In this document: piece by piece, positions 20,768 to 29,892 of the stretch
How positions within the stretch are numbered: position 1 is the first letter of the stretch
How the letters are laid out: every line of letters begins with the position of its first letter
Made by a program: the position numbers and the translations under genes
The notes under the pieces: generated by a model
What the model saw: only the letters and a program-made list of their open reading frames with translations
Told to the model about the DNA's origin: nothing
Database searches by the model: none
Virus record (IMG/VR): IMGVR_UViG_3300025407_001359
Strand: one strand, 5' to 3'
Length of the DNA stretch: 64,000 bases
Source: a virus

Positions 20768-20939
20768 CACAGAAATCAGTGACGAAGATTACGGTTTCAT
20801 ACTTGGACCAGACGGTGAATTAAAGTCGGTATTTTTACCTGACAGCATACCCTTTAAACAACCCAAAAATGTTCAAAAAATCTTTAAAATGTTTGGCATT
20901 CGTGATGCTGAACAGCTAGATAACGACACCCTGCACTAG
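20718..20939 (+). CDS. Small acidic hypothetical protein
   Basis: 73-aa ORF, GGAG RBS, TAAATA at 20689. Confidence 0.6.
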   Translation: MSKVSQDQELEMGDIYDTEISDEDYGFILGPDGELKSVFLPDSIPFKQPKNVQKIFKMFGIRDAEQLDNDTLH

Positions 20940-20965
20940 ACCAAAAATTGCCAAAATGCTATAAT
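20937..20965 (+). promoter_or_regulatory. Early sigma70-like promoter, conserved-spacer cassette copy 1
   Basis: TAGACC-AAAAATTGCCAAAATGC-TATAAT. Confidence 0.75.
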
Positions 20966-20970
20966 GCAGT

Positions 20971-21198
20971 ATGAATACAGTTATAGCAACACGCATCAAA
21001 TGGACAGCTACTGCCATCACCCTAGCAGGTGCAGTATTCGCTAGTCTTAATATCTACCCACTAAGTGCCATAACCCTGAATTTGGGTAGTGCAACCTTCC
21101 TGATCTGGGCAGTTTTGATACGGGATCGAGCTATGATCACTGTAAATGCCGGGCTTTTAGCCATATACACAGCGGGTCTGGCTGTAAAACTCCTTTAA
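20971..21198 (+). CDS. Small multi-pass membrane protein
   Basis: 75 aa, three hydrophobic segments. Confidence 0.6.
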   Translation: MNTVIATRIKWTATAITLAGAVFASLNIYPLSAITLNLGSATFLIWAVLIRDRAMITVNAGLLAIYTAGLAVKLL

Positions 21199-21211
21199 AA
21201 TCAACAACTTA
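21199..21211 (+). promoter_or_regulatory. IHF-consensus site
   Basis: AATCAACAACTTA matches WATCAANNNNTTR, ~30 bp upstream of a promoter. Confidence 0.5.
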
Positions 21212-21238
21212 CAACACTTAAAATTCCTGGTATTTTGG

Positions 21239-21267
21239 TTGTCCAAAAATTGCCAAAATGCTATAAT
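21239..21267 (+). promoter_or_regulatory. Early sigma70-like promoter, conserved-spacer cassette copy 2
   Basis: TTGTCC-AAAAATTGCCAAAATGC-TATAAT. Confidence 0.75.
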
Positions 21268-21296
21268 ACTTGTATAGTAATTAACAAGGAGTAGCG

Positions 21297-21725
21297 ATGA
21301 GTACAGTTCAATTTGCAGGTTTTAGCCGTATGAATGGTGTTTTAAAGTTCCGTACTGCTAACGAAATTAGCCGTGCCCAACAGTTGGCTAAACTGGGTGA
21401 TACAGACATCTCAATGGCAATCTTGCCTAACCCAATGAGCAAAAATGATGCCGCTAAGTATGTGCTCACTAACTTGGCTGTTTCGTACCCCAAGTATAAC
21501 ACCCCTGAAGCCACAGGCCTGCTTACCAGTTTGATCCGAGACGAAAACCCGTTCGCTAAACCCAAAGCGGTCAAAAAGACACGCACCGTGGTAGCTAAAA
21601 ATGCCGTGGTCAAGACTTCAGTCAAAAGTCAGGTATATCCTGAAATTGAGTTGACACCCAAACAGGCTGCCAAGATCCGTGCTGAGTTTATGAAGAAGCT
21701 CAAAGCCGCTTACGAGGCCAACTGA
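21297..21725 (+). CDS. Basic hypothetical early protein
   Basis: AAGGAG RBS; Lys-rich C-terminal half. Confidence 0.7.
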   Translation: MSTVQFAGFSRMNGVLKFRTANEISRAQQLAKLGDTDISMAILPNPMSKNDAAKYVLTNLAVSYPKYNTPEATGLLTSLIRDENPFAKPKAVKKTRTVVAKNAVVKTSVKSQVYPEIELTPKQAAKIRAEFMKKLKAAYEAN

Positions 21726-21726
21726 T

Positions 21727-21975
21727 ATGCCGTATGTGCCTAAAGAACTCCGTACTGAATCATTCATTGCTGGCTTCAGTGATGTTTATATGACTGTACA
21801 GGCCAATCCCGAATTGCGTATGATTCCGATCAGTCAGTTAGAATCCTTACGCCACAGTTTGAAACAGTTGGGTTATCGTTTTCGTATAGTATATCGTGGC
21901 CCACATTGTCGGAATCGTAGCACACTTAAACAGAATGCTCGTGCTTTTAATGTTTATTTTAAGGACTTGGTATGA
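21727..21975 (+). CDS. Hypothetical protein
   Basis: 82-aa ORF in early operon. Confidence 0.6.
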   Translation: MPYVPKELRTESFIAGFSDVYMTVQANPELRMIPISQLESLRHSLKQLGYRFRIVYRGPHCRNRSTLKQNARAFNVYFKDLV

Positions 21976-22181
21976 ATGCTTTATACAGTTATTTGGGTTA
22001 TGAATATTGCCCTTGGGACGATGTTGAAGAAGACAACATCAAGACTTACCACGAGTGCTACAAGAACGGTGTCAGAGTCAAGATGCCTGAAGCATTTTAC
22101 TCAACCAGTCCTTATGAGCTTGTGCCGTATGACAAGTTTGTTGAGTATGTTCAAACTGTAGAAGTATTTGTTCAAGGCTAA
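21972..22181 (+). CDS. Hypothetical protein
   Basis: ATGA overlap, AAGGA RBS. Confidence 0.6.
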   Translation: MNALYSYLGYEYCPWDDVEEDNIKTYHECYKNGVRVKMPEAFYSTSPYELVPYDKFVEYVQTVEVFVQG

Positions 22182-22182
22182 T

Positions 22183-22437
22183 ATGTATCGTCTCAATGTG
22201 CTCTTGATGGTTGCTGTAGTGTATTTTGGTTTGCACTCGGTGAGCGGGTATTTGTATTGCCAAGACAACTTCTGCCCAGGCGACAGTGAAGCAGACTATG
22301 TGTATACTGTAAAAGATGAAGATGGCAAGACCTGGTACATCGAAGATGGCAAACCTGTTTCGGAAGAGGTATACAGAGAAGCACACAGAAATATATTTGA
22401 GTTTATGGAGGAGAAAGACAGCAATGGAAGAAAATAA
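22183..22437 (+). CDS. Hypothetical protein with N-terminal TM/signal
   Basis: MYRLNVLLMVAVVYFGL. Confidence 0.55.
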   Translation: MYRLNVLLMVAVVYFGLHSVSGYLYCQDNFCPGDSEADYVYTVKDEDGKTWYIEDGKPVSEEVYREAHRNIFEFMEEKDSNGRK

Positions 22438-22606
22438 AAGAATTAGTGTATTGCGTTACACTCTTACTCGAGATCAGATTGGAACTTTTGTATCAGGCCT
22501 GCACGAAATACAGGCTGATATGATCGAAGCCACAGTGGCCGTAAAAGAATCTCAAGGTTTTCCCGAAGCCAACCAAATTATCAATCACGTCAGGAGTTTG
22601 AAATGA
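22424..22606 (+). CDS. Hypothetical protein
   Basis: GGAGGAG RBS before ATG 22424. Confidence 0.55.
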   Translation: MEENKRISVLRYTLTRDQIGTFVSGLHEIQADMIEATVAVKESQGFPEANQIINHVRSLK

Positions 22607-22866
22607 TGAACGATCACGATAGAGCCAATCTAGAATTTTTGCTTAAGGCCACACCCGAAGCATTAGAAGAGTGGAGTCAGGAAGTAACCCAAGACGATTT
22701 GGATTATGCACAAGAGCTGTTAGATGCTTACCAACTTGAGCTGAACGAACGGGCACGGATGTTAGGTGTGCCAGAAAACCACGATGCCGAGTTTGAACAG
22801 GCAATCATTGACGCCGAAGCACGTGGTAGTGTATACTACGAATTTGAGGAATATAGTGTCCATTAA
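22603..22866 (+). CDS. Acidic hypothetical protein
   Basis: AGGAG RBS, overlap with upstream stop. Confidence 0.6.
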   Translation: MMNDHDRANLEFLLKATPEALEEWSQEVTQDDLDYAQELLDAYQLELNERARMLGVPENHDAEFEQAIIDAEARGSVYYEFEEYSVH

Positions 22867-23887
22867 ACGCATAGGTTTTTGTTGCAAGTGGTTAAATGAC
22901 CCTTCAGAATGTGGTGGTATGAAAGTCAATGCCGTTGACCGCGATCTCAATGGTCGCTCAACCACAATGCGTTGGTTGCGTGAGCATCCTGCCGAAGCTG
23001 AACAGCGTCAGTGGGATATCATGAATCACAATGCGGCGGCCGCTGTAAGACTGATTGAACGTGTGGCTACCTTGCCGCCTGAACGCCGTATGGTTCGCTT
23101 GGGTTCGGAAATGCTACAGGGCTATACCGAGAAGGACTGGAAGGCCTGGTGGCAACGCAGGGAGATACAAAATCATCTTGAACGCATCTTTGCACCCATT
23201 GGCGAAACTGCAAGACGTCTAGACGTTAGACTCAGCTTCCATCCCGGACAGTTCTGTGTGTTGGCCAGTGAAGCTGAAGAAATAGTAAATAGAAGTATAG
23301 AGGAGTTTGAATATCATGCTGATATGGCCAGGTGGATGGGTTACGGAAAAACCTTTCAGGATTTCAAGATCAATGTCCACATCTCAGGTAAGCGCGGTCC
23401 CGCCGGTATTCGCTCTGCCCTCCAACGGCTTTCTCCCGAAGCGCGAAATTGTATTACCATCGAAAACGACGAAATGTCGTGGGGAGTTGACGCCAGCCTT
23501 GAACTGGTCCGCGACTGCGCTCTTGTGCTTGACATACACCATCACTGGATCCGTACAGGAGAGTACATTCAGCTCACCGACGATCGAGTTCTACGCTTGA
23601 TCGAATCCTGGCGCGGCGTTAGACCAGCCTTGCACTATTCGGTATCAAGAGAGGATGTGCTGGTTGGACACAACAATGCTGCTCAACCTGAAATGGCACA
23701 TTTGTTGGAATCGGGTTACAAGAAACAAAAACTGAGGGCACACAGTGACTTCTACTGGAATCAACCTGTGACTGACTGGGCATTGACATTTTGGGAAAAC
23801 TTTGACATACAATGCGAAAGCAAAGGCAAAAATCTTGCCAGCGAACAGGTGTACAATCGAGCAGTTGAACTGGGACTAGTACGATAG
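22856..23887 (+). CDS. uvsE: UV-damage endonuclease UvsE/UvdE
   Basis: RLSFHPGQFCVL, EFEYHA, IENDE, LDIHHH, LRAHSD; GTG start after GAGGA. Confidence 0.9.
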   Translation: MSIKRIGFCCKWLNDPSECGGMKVNAVDRDLNGRSTTMRWLREHPAEAEQRQWDIMNHNAAAAVRLIERVATLPPERRMVRLGSEMLQGYTEKDWKAWWQRREIQNHLERIFAPIGETARRLDVRLSFHPGQFCVLASEAEEIVNRSIEEFEYHADMARWMGYGKTFQDFKINVHISGKRGPAGIRSALQRLSPEARNCITIENDEMSWGVDASLELVRDCALVLDIHHHWIRTGEYIQLTDDRVLRLIESWRGVRPALHYSVSREDVLVGHNNAAQPEMAHLLESGYKKQKLRAHSDFYWNQPVTDWALTFWENFDIQCESKGKNLASEQVYNRAVELGLVR

Positions 23888-23924
23888 TACTTGTATTACC
23901 AATACCCGGTGCATAAATATTTTT

Positions 23925-24269
23925 ATGCGATCAACCGAATTTATCAATCCCGTCAATGAAGAAAAGTGGATTCAAAAAGCCATCAAGCACAAGGGTGGCC
24001 TGCACCGTAGTTTACACGTTCCTGCAGACCAACCTATTCCAGCTGGTAAGCTAGAAAAAGCCACACACAGTACCAATCCACGGATTAAAAAACAGGCAGT
24101 ATTGGCCAAGACGTTAAAAAGTCTACACCAAGAAGATACAGTAACAGAAAAAGCTCCCCCGGGAATGGAAGATATGGTCTTGAAGTTAAAGAAAGAATAC
24201 CCCGGCGAACCAGCTAAAGCATTTGCCACAGCCTGGAGCATTTACAACAAGAAACACGGCAAACGCTAA
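23925..24269 (+). CDS. Small basic late protein, possible internal head protein
   Basis: TAAATA at 23914; MRSTEFINPVNE N-terminus; Lys-rich. Confidence 0.55.
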   Translation: MRSTEFINPVNEEKWIQKAIKHKGGLHRSLHVPADQPIPAGKLEKATHSTNPRIKKQAVLAKTLKSLHQEDTVTEKAPPGMEDMVLKLKKEYPGEPAKAFATAWSIYNKKHGKR

Positions 24270-24320
24270 CCCTGCTTTCGTTTTGTTTTTACCATAAATA
24301 CTCAAATAAAGGTAAAAACA

Positions 24321-25358
24321 ATGTCCGCACTGAGCTCCAACGTAAAAATCACACTACCCCCAGTACCTATTCCTTTTAGCGGAACAACGGCCTGGGCTGC
24401 ATTGACACCCCTAGTCAACACAATCAACAACAATTTTAATGTGATTGCCAATGGTGCTGGATTTATCCCGGGTACTGTTAGACTGGTCAATGGCCGCCCG
24501 GTTAATTTGAGTACTGGTGATTTAACAATACTATTATCAGATGTGCCTGGATCAACCAGTAATGCGTATGTAAATTCTACTTTTGCTACTATCAGCGCAT
24601 TGACTGGTCTAGTTGCAAATGTCAATTCCGGTTTTACAGCCGCCAACGCAGCAATTCAAACTTTAAGAAATACAGTCAACTCATTACCATCCGGTAATGT
24701 GTCTGGCAACACCGCACAGGTATCCAGCTGGATACAATCAAACATAGCCGCAGTAACAGCGGCATGGTCGGCCAACGCTGCCGCACAACAAACATCCATC
24801 AACAGCACTACTAACAATTTAAATTCTTTTGCTACATATTCTAATGTACAAATTGGATCGGTGTATACTAGCCTAGATTCAGTCAACACCAGCGTTGGAC
24901 AATTGGTATCAAACGTTTCTGCACTATTTGCCAATGCCGCTACTCAGTCTACACAGATTGCCGCAGTAGCTGGGAACTTGACTGCATACCAAACAGCAGC
25001 CAACTCTACATTGTCTGCCACAGTCAGCAATGTATCCACTCTACAATCTCAAACAACAAACTTGGCCAACACACAGAATTCTGTTAACACTACACTGGCT
25101 TCTTTATCAACTGAAATTAGTAACCTTACTGGCCAACTGTCGGTCACCAATTCAAACCTATCAGCAAATGTCACAGCGTTTGCTGCAAACATAGCCACTC
25201 TATTTTCCAATGCAGCTACACAGGCCACAGCCATAGCTTCTATCAACAGCAATGTGGCCCTGTTGGCAAATAACAACAATCGCACAATTCACGTGAGCAA
25301 CCAAGCACCTGGGCCCACAGATGGAAATGTTGGCGATATTTGGTATCAAACAATCTGA
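24321..25358 (+). CDS. Coiled-coil tail-fibre-like protein
   Basis: Asn/Ser/Ala heptads; C-terminal IHVSNQAPGPTDGNVGDIWYQ fibre motif; late box at 24295. Confidence 0.65.
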   Translation: MSALSSNVKITLPPVPIPFSGTTAWAALTPLVNTINNNFNVIANGAGFIPGTVRLVNGRPVNLSTGDLTILLSDVPGSTSNAYVNSTFATISALTGLVANVNSGFTAANAAIQTLRNTVNSLPSGNVSGNTAQVSSWIQSNIAAVTAAWSANAAAQQTSINSTTNNLNSFATYSNVQIGSVYTSLDSVNTSVGQLVSNVSALFANAATQSTQIAAVAGNLTAYQTAANSTLSATVSNVSTLQSQTTNLANTQNSVNTTLASLSTEISNLTGQLSVTNSNLSANVTAFAANIATLFSNAATQATAIASINSNVALLANNNNRTIHVSNQAPGPTDGNVGDIWYQTI

Positions 25359-26602
25359 TGATTTCTAATTATATATCCTATGTAGGTCAAGATCCCAGTG
25401 CAGTACGTCTCGGTGATTCTGGACTCACACCCACTGCGGTAGTCAATGCATATGGTGTACCGGCTGGTACCGGAGCCGGGGTAAAGATTGGTATTGTCAG
25501 TTTAGGTGGCGGTTGGCTAGCCTCAGATTTTGATCAGTCAATGACAGATTTAGGATTATATCCAACTGTTACCAGTGCCAACATTCACACAGTATTGATT
25601 GATGGAGCTGTAAATAATTTTGATGGTGGTAATGGAAGTATTGAAAATACTTTGGATCTTTATTGTGCGGCGGCTGTGGCCCCTGAGGCCGATATCACAA
25701 TCTACATTGGACAAAACACCATTAGTGGTTTTGCAAGAGTACTTGATCGAGCAGTAACCGACAACTGTGATGTTATCACGGTCAGTTGGGGATTGGCTGA
25801 ATATGGATTTTTAGAAGGTGTTTTCCGTTGGATGTTCGAACCAATTTTTGCAAGAGCAGTTGCTCAAGGCACCACAATATTTGTTGCCACAGGAGACTTG
25901 GGATCTGAAGCCACATACGGAACTGGGCTATCAATACAGTACCCAGCAGGCAGTCCTAATGTTGTTGCTGTTGGCGGAACCAATCTACTGCTGTATCCAT
26001 CGGGTGCAATACAGTCAGAAACTGTTAGTCAAACCAGTGGTGGTGGAGTAAGCAGTATTTTTGCAGCGCCAGCGTGGCAACAAGGGTTAACATACACTTC
26101 ATATTCAAACGTACCCGGCACACCATCACGCACACTACCTTTGCTTAATCGTGGCACACCAGACATATCCGCACCAATGAACGCTTACGACTTGTATCTG
26201 GCCGGTGCAATACAGCAAGTGGGCGGCACCAGTGCAGCTGCTCCTGTAATGGCCGGAGTAATGGCAAGAACACAGGCCGCAAATGGCGCCAGACTGCCGC
26301 AACTAAATCCCTTGTTTTATAACAACCCAGGTGCATTTTATGATTTTGCGTCGGGCAATGATACAGGTTGGATTGACACTGGATATCGATCAACTGTGGG
26401 ATGGGATCCAGTAGTGGGACTAGGGCGTATTGAAGGATCGGCACTTGCAGGTATGTTTGCACCGCAAAAGCCCAAGATCAAAACAGCCGACAGCACCTGG
26501 AGTACAGTGGCCAATACCTGGGTCAAAACAGACTCGGTTACCTGGACCCAAATTCAGACTGTATGGGCCAAAACTGTTAATGGTTGGCAACAGACACACT
26601 GA
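25358..26602 (+). CDS. Sedolisin (peptidase S53) catalytic domain with tail-fibre-type C-terminal motif
   Basis: ENTLD (Glu/Asp), ATGD (oxyanion Asp), GGTSAAAP (Ser), GWDPVVGLG Ca-site; TGATG coupling. Confidence 0.85.
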   Translation: MISNYISYVGQDPSAVRLGDSGLTPTAVVNAYGVPAGTGAGVKIGIVSLGGGWLASDFDQSMTDLGLYPTVTSANIHTVLIDGAVNNFDGGNGSIENTLDLYCAAAVAPEADITIYIGQNTISGFARVLDRAVTDNCDVITVSWGLAEYGFLEGVFRWMFEPIFARAVAQGTTIFVATGDLGSEATYGTGLSIQYPAGSPNVVAVGGTNLLLYPSGAIQSETVSQTSGGGVSSIFAAPAWQQGLTYTSYSNVPGTPSRTLPLLNRGTPDISAPMNAYDLYLAGAIQQVGGTSAAAPVMAGVMARTQAANGARLPQLNPLFYNNPGAFYDFASGNDTGWIDTGYRSTVGWDPVVGLGRIEGSALAGMFAPQKPKIKTADSTWSTVANTWVKTDSVTWTQIQTVWAKTVNGWQQTH

Positions 26603-26632
26603 CCATAAATACTAGATACAAGGTAAACTACA

Positions 26633-26953
26633 ATGACTTTTAGCGCAGTTAATATTGGCACCACAGCAAACGATCAAACCGGTGATCCCCTACGCGATGC
26701 TTTTAGCAAAATCAACACAAATTTTGCCAACATTGCCAGTGGTTCTGAAAATTTACCAGTGGTCAGTGTAGCCGGTCGTGGCGGCAATGTGTTGTTGACT
26801 GTAAACGATGTGTTGGGCGCGGCCAGCATTGCTTATGTAAACACACAGACCAGTTATACCATGGCCAACAGCGCAAACTGGACCAGCAATGTTTATACCA
26901 TTTCATCGGCACTGGATCAAATTGCTCAACGTTTGACCAACGCAGGATTCTAA
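26633..26953 (+). CDS. Baseplate/tail-fibre connector-like protein (T4 gp9/gp10 N-terminal motif)
   Basis: VNIGTTANDQTGDPLRDAFSKINTNF; late box at 26606. Confidence 0.7.
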   Translation: MTFSAVNIGTTANDQTGDPLRDAFSKINTNFANIASGSENLPVVSVAGRGGNVLLTVNDVLGAASIAYVNTQTSYTMANSANWTSNVYTISSALDQIAQRLTNAGF

Positions 26954-26954
26954 T

Positions 26955-27155
26955 ATGTCACAGAATGGTATCAGTCACTTATCTACAAAACAAGCACGTC
27001 AGGCTGCCAAATTGGCCGCAGCCGCAACCAAACGTGCCGCAACTGGACGCCCGAGTACTTTAGACACAACCGAATTACCCAGTACCTATTCGGGCAATAC
27101 CGCAGTGGCCGGCACACATACCGGAGGCCTAATACTGGGTCGCCCTTGGAAATAA
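26955..27155 (+). CDS. Small basic hypothetical protein
   Basis: 66-aa ORF in operon. Confidence 0.6.
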   Translation: MSQNGISHLSTKQARQAAKLAAAATKRAATGRPSTLDTTELPSTYSGNTAVAGTHTGGLILGRPWK

Positions 27156-27156
27156 T

Positions 27157-27387
27157 ATGAAAATTGCCGACATCTTGAGATCAGTAGCTGACGCATTGGA
27201 AAAGGCCGAATCTGAATCACACATTGGCACAGCCAGTCCGTTTACCTCTGCCAATCAACCTTGTGACACCTGCCGAGCAACACCTTGTGCCTGTGATACC
27301 CAATCCGATGCGGAACAGCCAGACGAACTAGCAGTGATTCGCCAATTGGGTGGTATAGCGCCCGCTGTTGCCGTAGTTGGCCAGTAA
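27157..27387 (+). CDS. Small hypothetical protein with CxxC..C.C
   Basis: PCDTCRATPCACD. Confidence 0.55.
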   Translation: MKIADILRSVADALEKAESESHIGTASPFTSANQPCDTCRATPCACDTQSDAEQPDELAVIRQLGGIAPAVAVVGQ

Positions 27388-27393
27388 CAGACA

Positions 27394-27406
27394 TAAGTCA
27401 TTGATT
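27394..27406 (-). promoter_or_regulatory. IHF-consensus site
   Basis: Reverse complement AATCAATGACTTA matches WATCAANNNNTTR. Confidence 0.5.
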
Positions 27407-27410
27407 TAAT

Positions 27411-27437
27411 AAAAATGCTAGAGCTGGCATTTTTTTA
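27411..27437 (+). terminator. Intrinsic (possibly bidirectional) terminator
   Basis: AAAAATGCTA-GAGC-TGGCATTTTT plus T-run. Confidence 0.65.
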
Positions 27438-27483
27438 TGGCTAAATTTTTTACGTAGACATATAGACTGTAATAAAACTGTAG

Positions 27484-27512
27484 TTGACTTTACAACACTT
27501 ATAATTTATATT
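27484..27512 (+). promoter_or_regulatory. sigma70-like promoter with no ORF directly downstream
   Basis: TTGACT-17-TATATT. Confidence 0.5.
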
Positions 27513-27677
27513 GTTAATACACAGAAGTAAACATTTAGTTAGCGATCTTGCATAACTGAAGTACTAGTACTACTTTTGCCGCGACTGATCCAGGCAATGC
27601 TGGATACCGTTTGAGTATGTCAAACCGGAATTTGTGGATATGTGGATTTTTGATATCAATTTGATACCAAATATCAG

Positions 27678-27730
27678 TTGACGGCAAATGTGTTTTAGTG
27701 TATAGTTACAGTATCTTCTACTGGTAAATA
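27678..27730 (+). promoter_or_regulatory. sigma70-like promoter plus late box for the 27737 gene
   Basis: TTGACG-17-TATAGT; TAAATA at 27725-27730. Confidence 0.6.
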
Positions 27731-27736
27731 CTAACT

Positions 27737-29407
27737 ATGATACTTGCTTACCTATTGTTACTGACGGGCTTGACCATTAGCTCGGTCGCAATCTACTACA
27801 GCGTGGTGGGTTTAACTGCCATCTTCTCTGCCGCAGCGGTGCCCATTATGATCATGGGTGTGAGTTTGGAAGTGGCCAAGTTGGTATGTGCTACCTGGAT
27901 CAAACAGCATTGGAGCCGTGTTCCAATGCTGATGCGTATCTATATGTGCGTGGCCGTTACAGTATTGATGCTGATCACAAGTATGGGTATCTTTGGCTTC
28001 TTGAGCAAAGCACACAACGATCAAAATTTGGTGTCGGGTGATGTAGGCGCCAAACTGGCTATTTTTGATGAAAAAATCAAAACAGCACGTGACAACATCG
28101 AAGCTGATCGCAAACAGCTACAGCAAATGGATGCCGCAGTTGATCAGGTAATGAGCCGTAGCAGTGATGAAAAAGGGGCTGACAAATCCAACGCTATTCG
28201 CAATAGCCAAAAGCGTGATCGTGCGGCCTTGGCCAAAGATATTGAAGCCAATCAAAGAGTCATTAGTCAACTCAATGATGAAGCTGCTCCTATACGTGCT
28301 GAGAATCGTAAAGTCGAAGCTGAAGTAGGTCCTATCAAGTATATTGCCGCATTTATTTACGGTACTGCACCCGACGCATCAATGTTGGAAAAGGCAGTGA
28401 CCTGGATCATCATAATGATTGTTATAGTATTTGATCCGCTGGCAGTTATTATGTTGTTGGCCAGTCAAATGACATTTGCTTGGCAACGCAATCCTGCGCC
28501 AACAGTTGAGCAAGAACCTGACCAGGGAGAAGAATCTGAACAAGAAGAAAAACTAGTACTGGTCAATGATGACACTCCAAATTACGAAGGTGTGCGTATG
28601 CCCAATGGCGAGTGGGTCCAGACCGGTCCCAGTTTTGAACCACAGGAACCACACTACGAGCGCCAGTCACTTCCGTTAACAGATGAACAACTTGATCAGA
28701 TTAATGCTATGCTGGCCGAGTATGCCGAACACGCTGAAACTGAACTGCCCGAACTGGAAAGTATCAAAGAAGAAACTCCGTTCCGCGGGCGTGGGTTGGC
28801 ACCCAGTATGCCAATGACAGCCAGCTATGTGCAACCTGTTGCCACTGAGCGATTGCCTGCAAATTTAGAAACAACTTGGACTCCGGCCACACAAGAAGAC
28901 GCAGATCAAGTGGTACAACAGTTGAAAGAAGTTGGATATTTAACTGCTGATGGTGAAATCAATCCCGACTATGCGCCAAACGAAGATGGAGTTGATGTGG
29001 TAGAAGCAAAAGCACCACCCGAAGATCCAGAACCACCCGAAGTACCTGAAGCACGACCCGGCGCCAATCGTGGAGTTGATATGAGTAAACTGTTGGCAGT
29101 GGGAATACAAGCAGACAATCAACTTGATTCGGCCAAAGCCAGCAATACCGGATTTGGCAACGAATACCCAGCCAATCCCGCAAAGGGCGACATCTACTTG
29201 AGAACCGATTACTTACCAAATCGTTTGTTCAAATTCAATGGCAGCAAGTGGATAGAGGTTGACAAAGATCAAACAGACGTGTATGCTTATGATGATCTGT
29301 ATATACAGCACTTGATTGCCGAAATTGATGCTGGACGTTATGATCCCGATTCATTGACTGATGTAGAACGCGAACAAATTCGACAATATTTGGAAAAGAA
29401 TGCATAG
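27737..29407 (+). CDS. Membrane protein: N-terminal TM bundle, coiled coil, acidic cytoplasmic tail
   Basis: Three N-terminal TM helices, coiled coil, further TM, Glu/Pro-rich C-terminal half. Confidence 0.7.
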   Translation: MILAYLLLLTGLTISSVAIYYSVVGLTAIFSAAAVPIMIMGVSLEVAKLVCATWIKQHWSRVPMLMRIYMCVAVTVLMLITSMGIFGFLSKAHNDQNLVSGDVGAKLAIFDEKIKTARDNIEADRKQLQQMDAAVDQVMSRSSDEKGADKSNAIRNSQKRDRAALAKDIEANQRVISQLNDEAAPIRAENRKVEAEVGPIKYIAAFIYGTAPDASMLEKAVTWIIIMIVIVFDPLAVIMLLASQMTFAWQRNPAPTVEQEPDQGEESEQEEKLVLVNDDTPNYEGVRMPNGEWVQTGPSFEPQEPHYERQSLPLTDEQLDQINAMLAEYAEHAETELPELESIKEETPFRGRGLAPSMPMTASYVQPVATERLPANLETTWTPATQEDADQVVQQLKEVGYLTADGEINPDYAPNEDGVDVVEAKAPPEDPEPPEVPEARPGANRGVDMSKLLAVGIQADNQLDSAKASNTGFGNEYPANPAKGDIYLRTDYLPNRLFKFNGSKWIEVDKDQTDVYAYDDLYIQHLIAEIDAGRYDPDSLTDVEREQIRQYLEKNA

Positions 29408-29636
29408 CAATTTTGTAACACCACCTGACTACGTGGAAACAGTATTGATCATCGACGCTCCTGAAGAACAGATCAAGATATTGGCCACCTTGATAGAACA
29501 CCGTGGACAAGCGTACAATGTGTATTTTTACCGACAAGAAATGAATCAACCCGAGTGGTTTGACTTGGTAGCACGTAAAGCAGATGTAGTAATAGATGCA
29601 AAATTAACCAACCCCGAAGATTACTTCAATAAATAA
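29400..29636 (+). CDS. Hypothetical protein
   Basis: 78-aa ORF overlapping upstream stop. Confidence 0.6.
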   Translation: MHSNFVTPPDYVETVLIIDAPEEQIKILATLIEHRGQAYNVYFYRQEMNQPEWFDLVARKADVVIDAKLTNPEDYFNK

Positions 29637-29640
29637 ACTT

Positions 29641-29892
29641 ATGGCATATTATCAAAAAGGCTCAGCAGTTGTGTGTAAAGGTAACACAGTTACAGTCGGC
29701 ATCGACGGTAACGTGGAAAAGGCTATGCGTAAATTCAAGAAGAAGGTATTGGAATCAGGCCTACTACGTGAATTAAAAGAACGCGAAACCTACGAAAAAC
29801 CCACCACAGCACGTAAGAAAGCTAAAGCAGCGGCCAAGAACCGCTGGCGCAAAAAATTAGCTTCCGAAAGCCTACCCAAAAAACTGTACTAA
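29641..29892 (+). CDS. rpsU: Ribosomal protein bS21
   Basis: VEKAMRKFKKKV..SGLLRELKERE.YEKPT..RKK.KAAAKNR; TAAATA at 29630. Confidence 0.93.
   Translation: MAYYQKGSAVVCKGNTVTVGIDGNVEKAMRKFKKKVLESGLLRELKERETYEKPTTARKKAKAAAKNRWRKKLASESLPKKLY

Noticed and set aside
27633-27649. DnaA boxes defining a host-like oriC
   Set aside because: Only two overlapping imperfect matches (8/9 and 7/9); kept only as an alternative hypothesis for the gap
27535-27684. Possible ~49-aa minus-strand ORF in the large gap (TTG start)
   Set aside because: No RBS, atypical composition, runs against a + strand promoter
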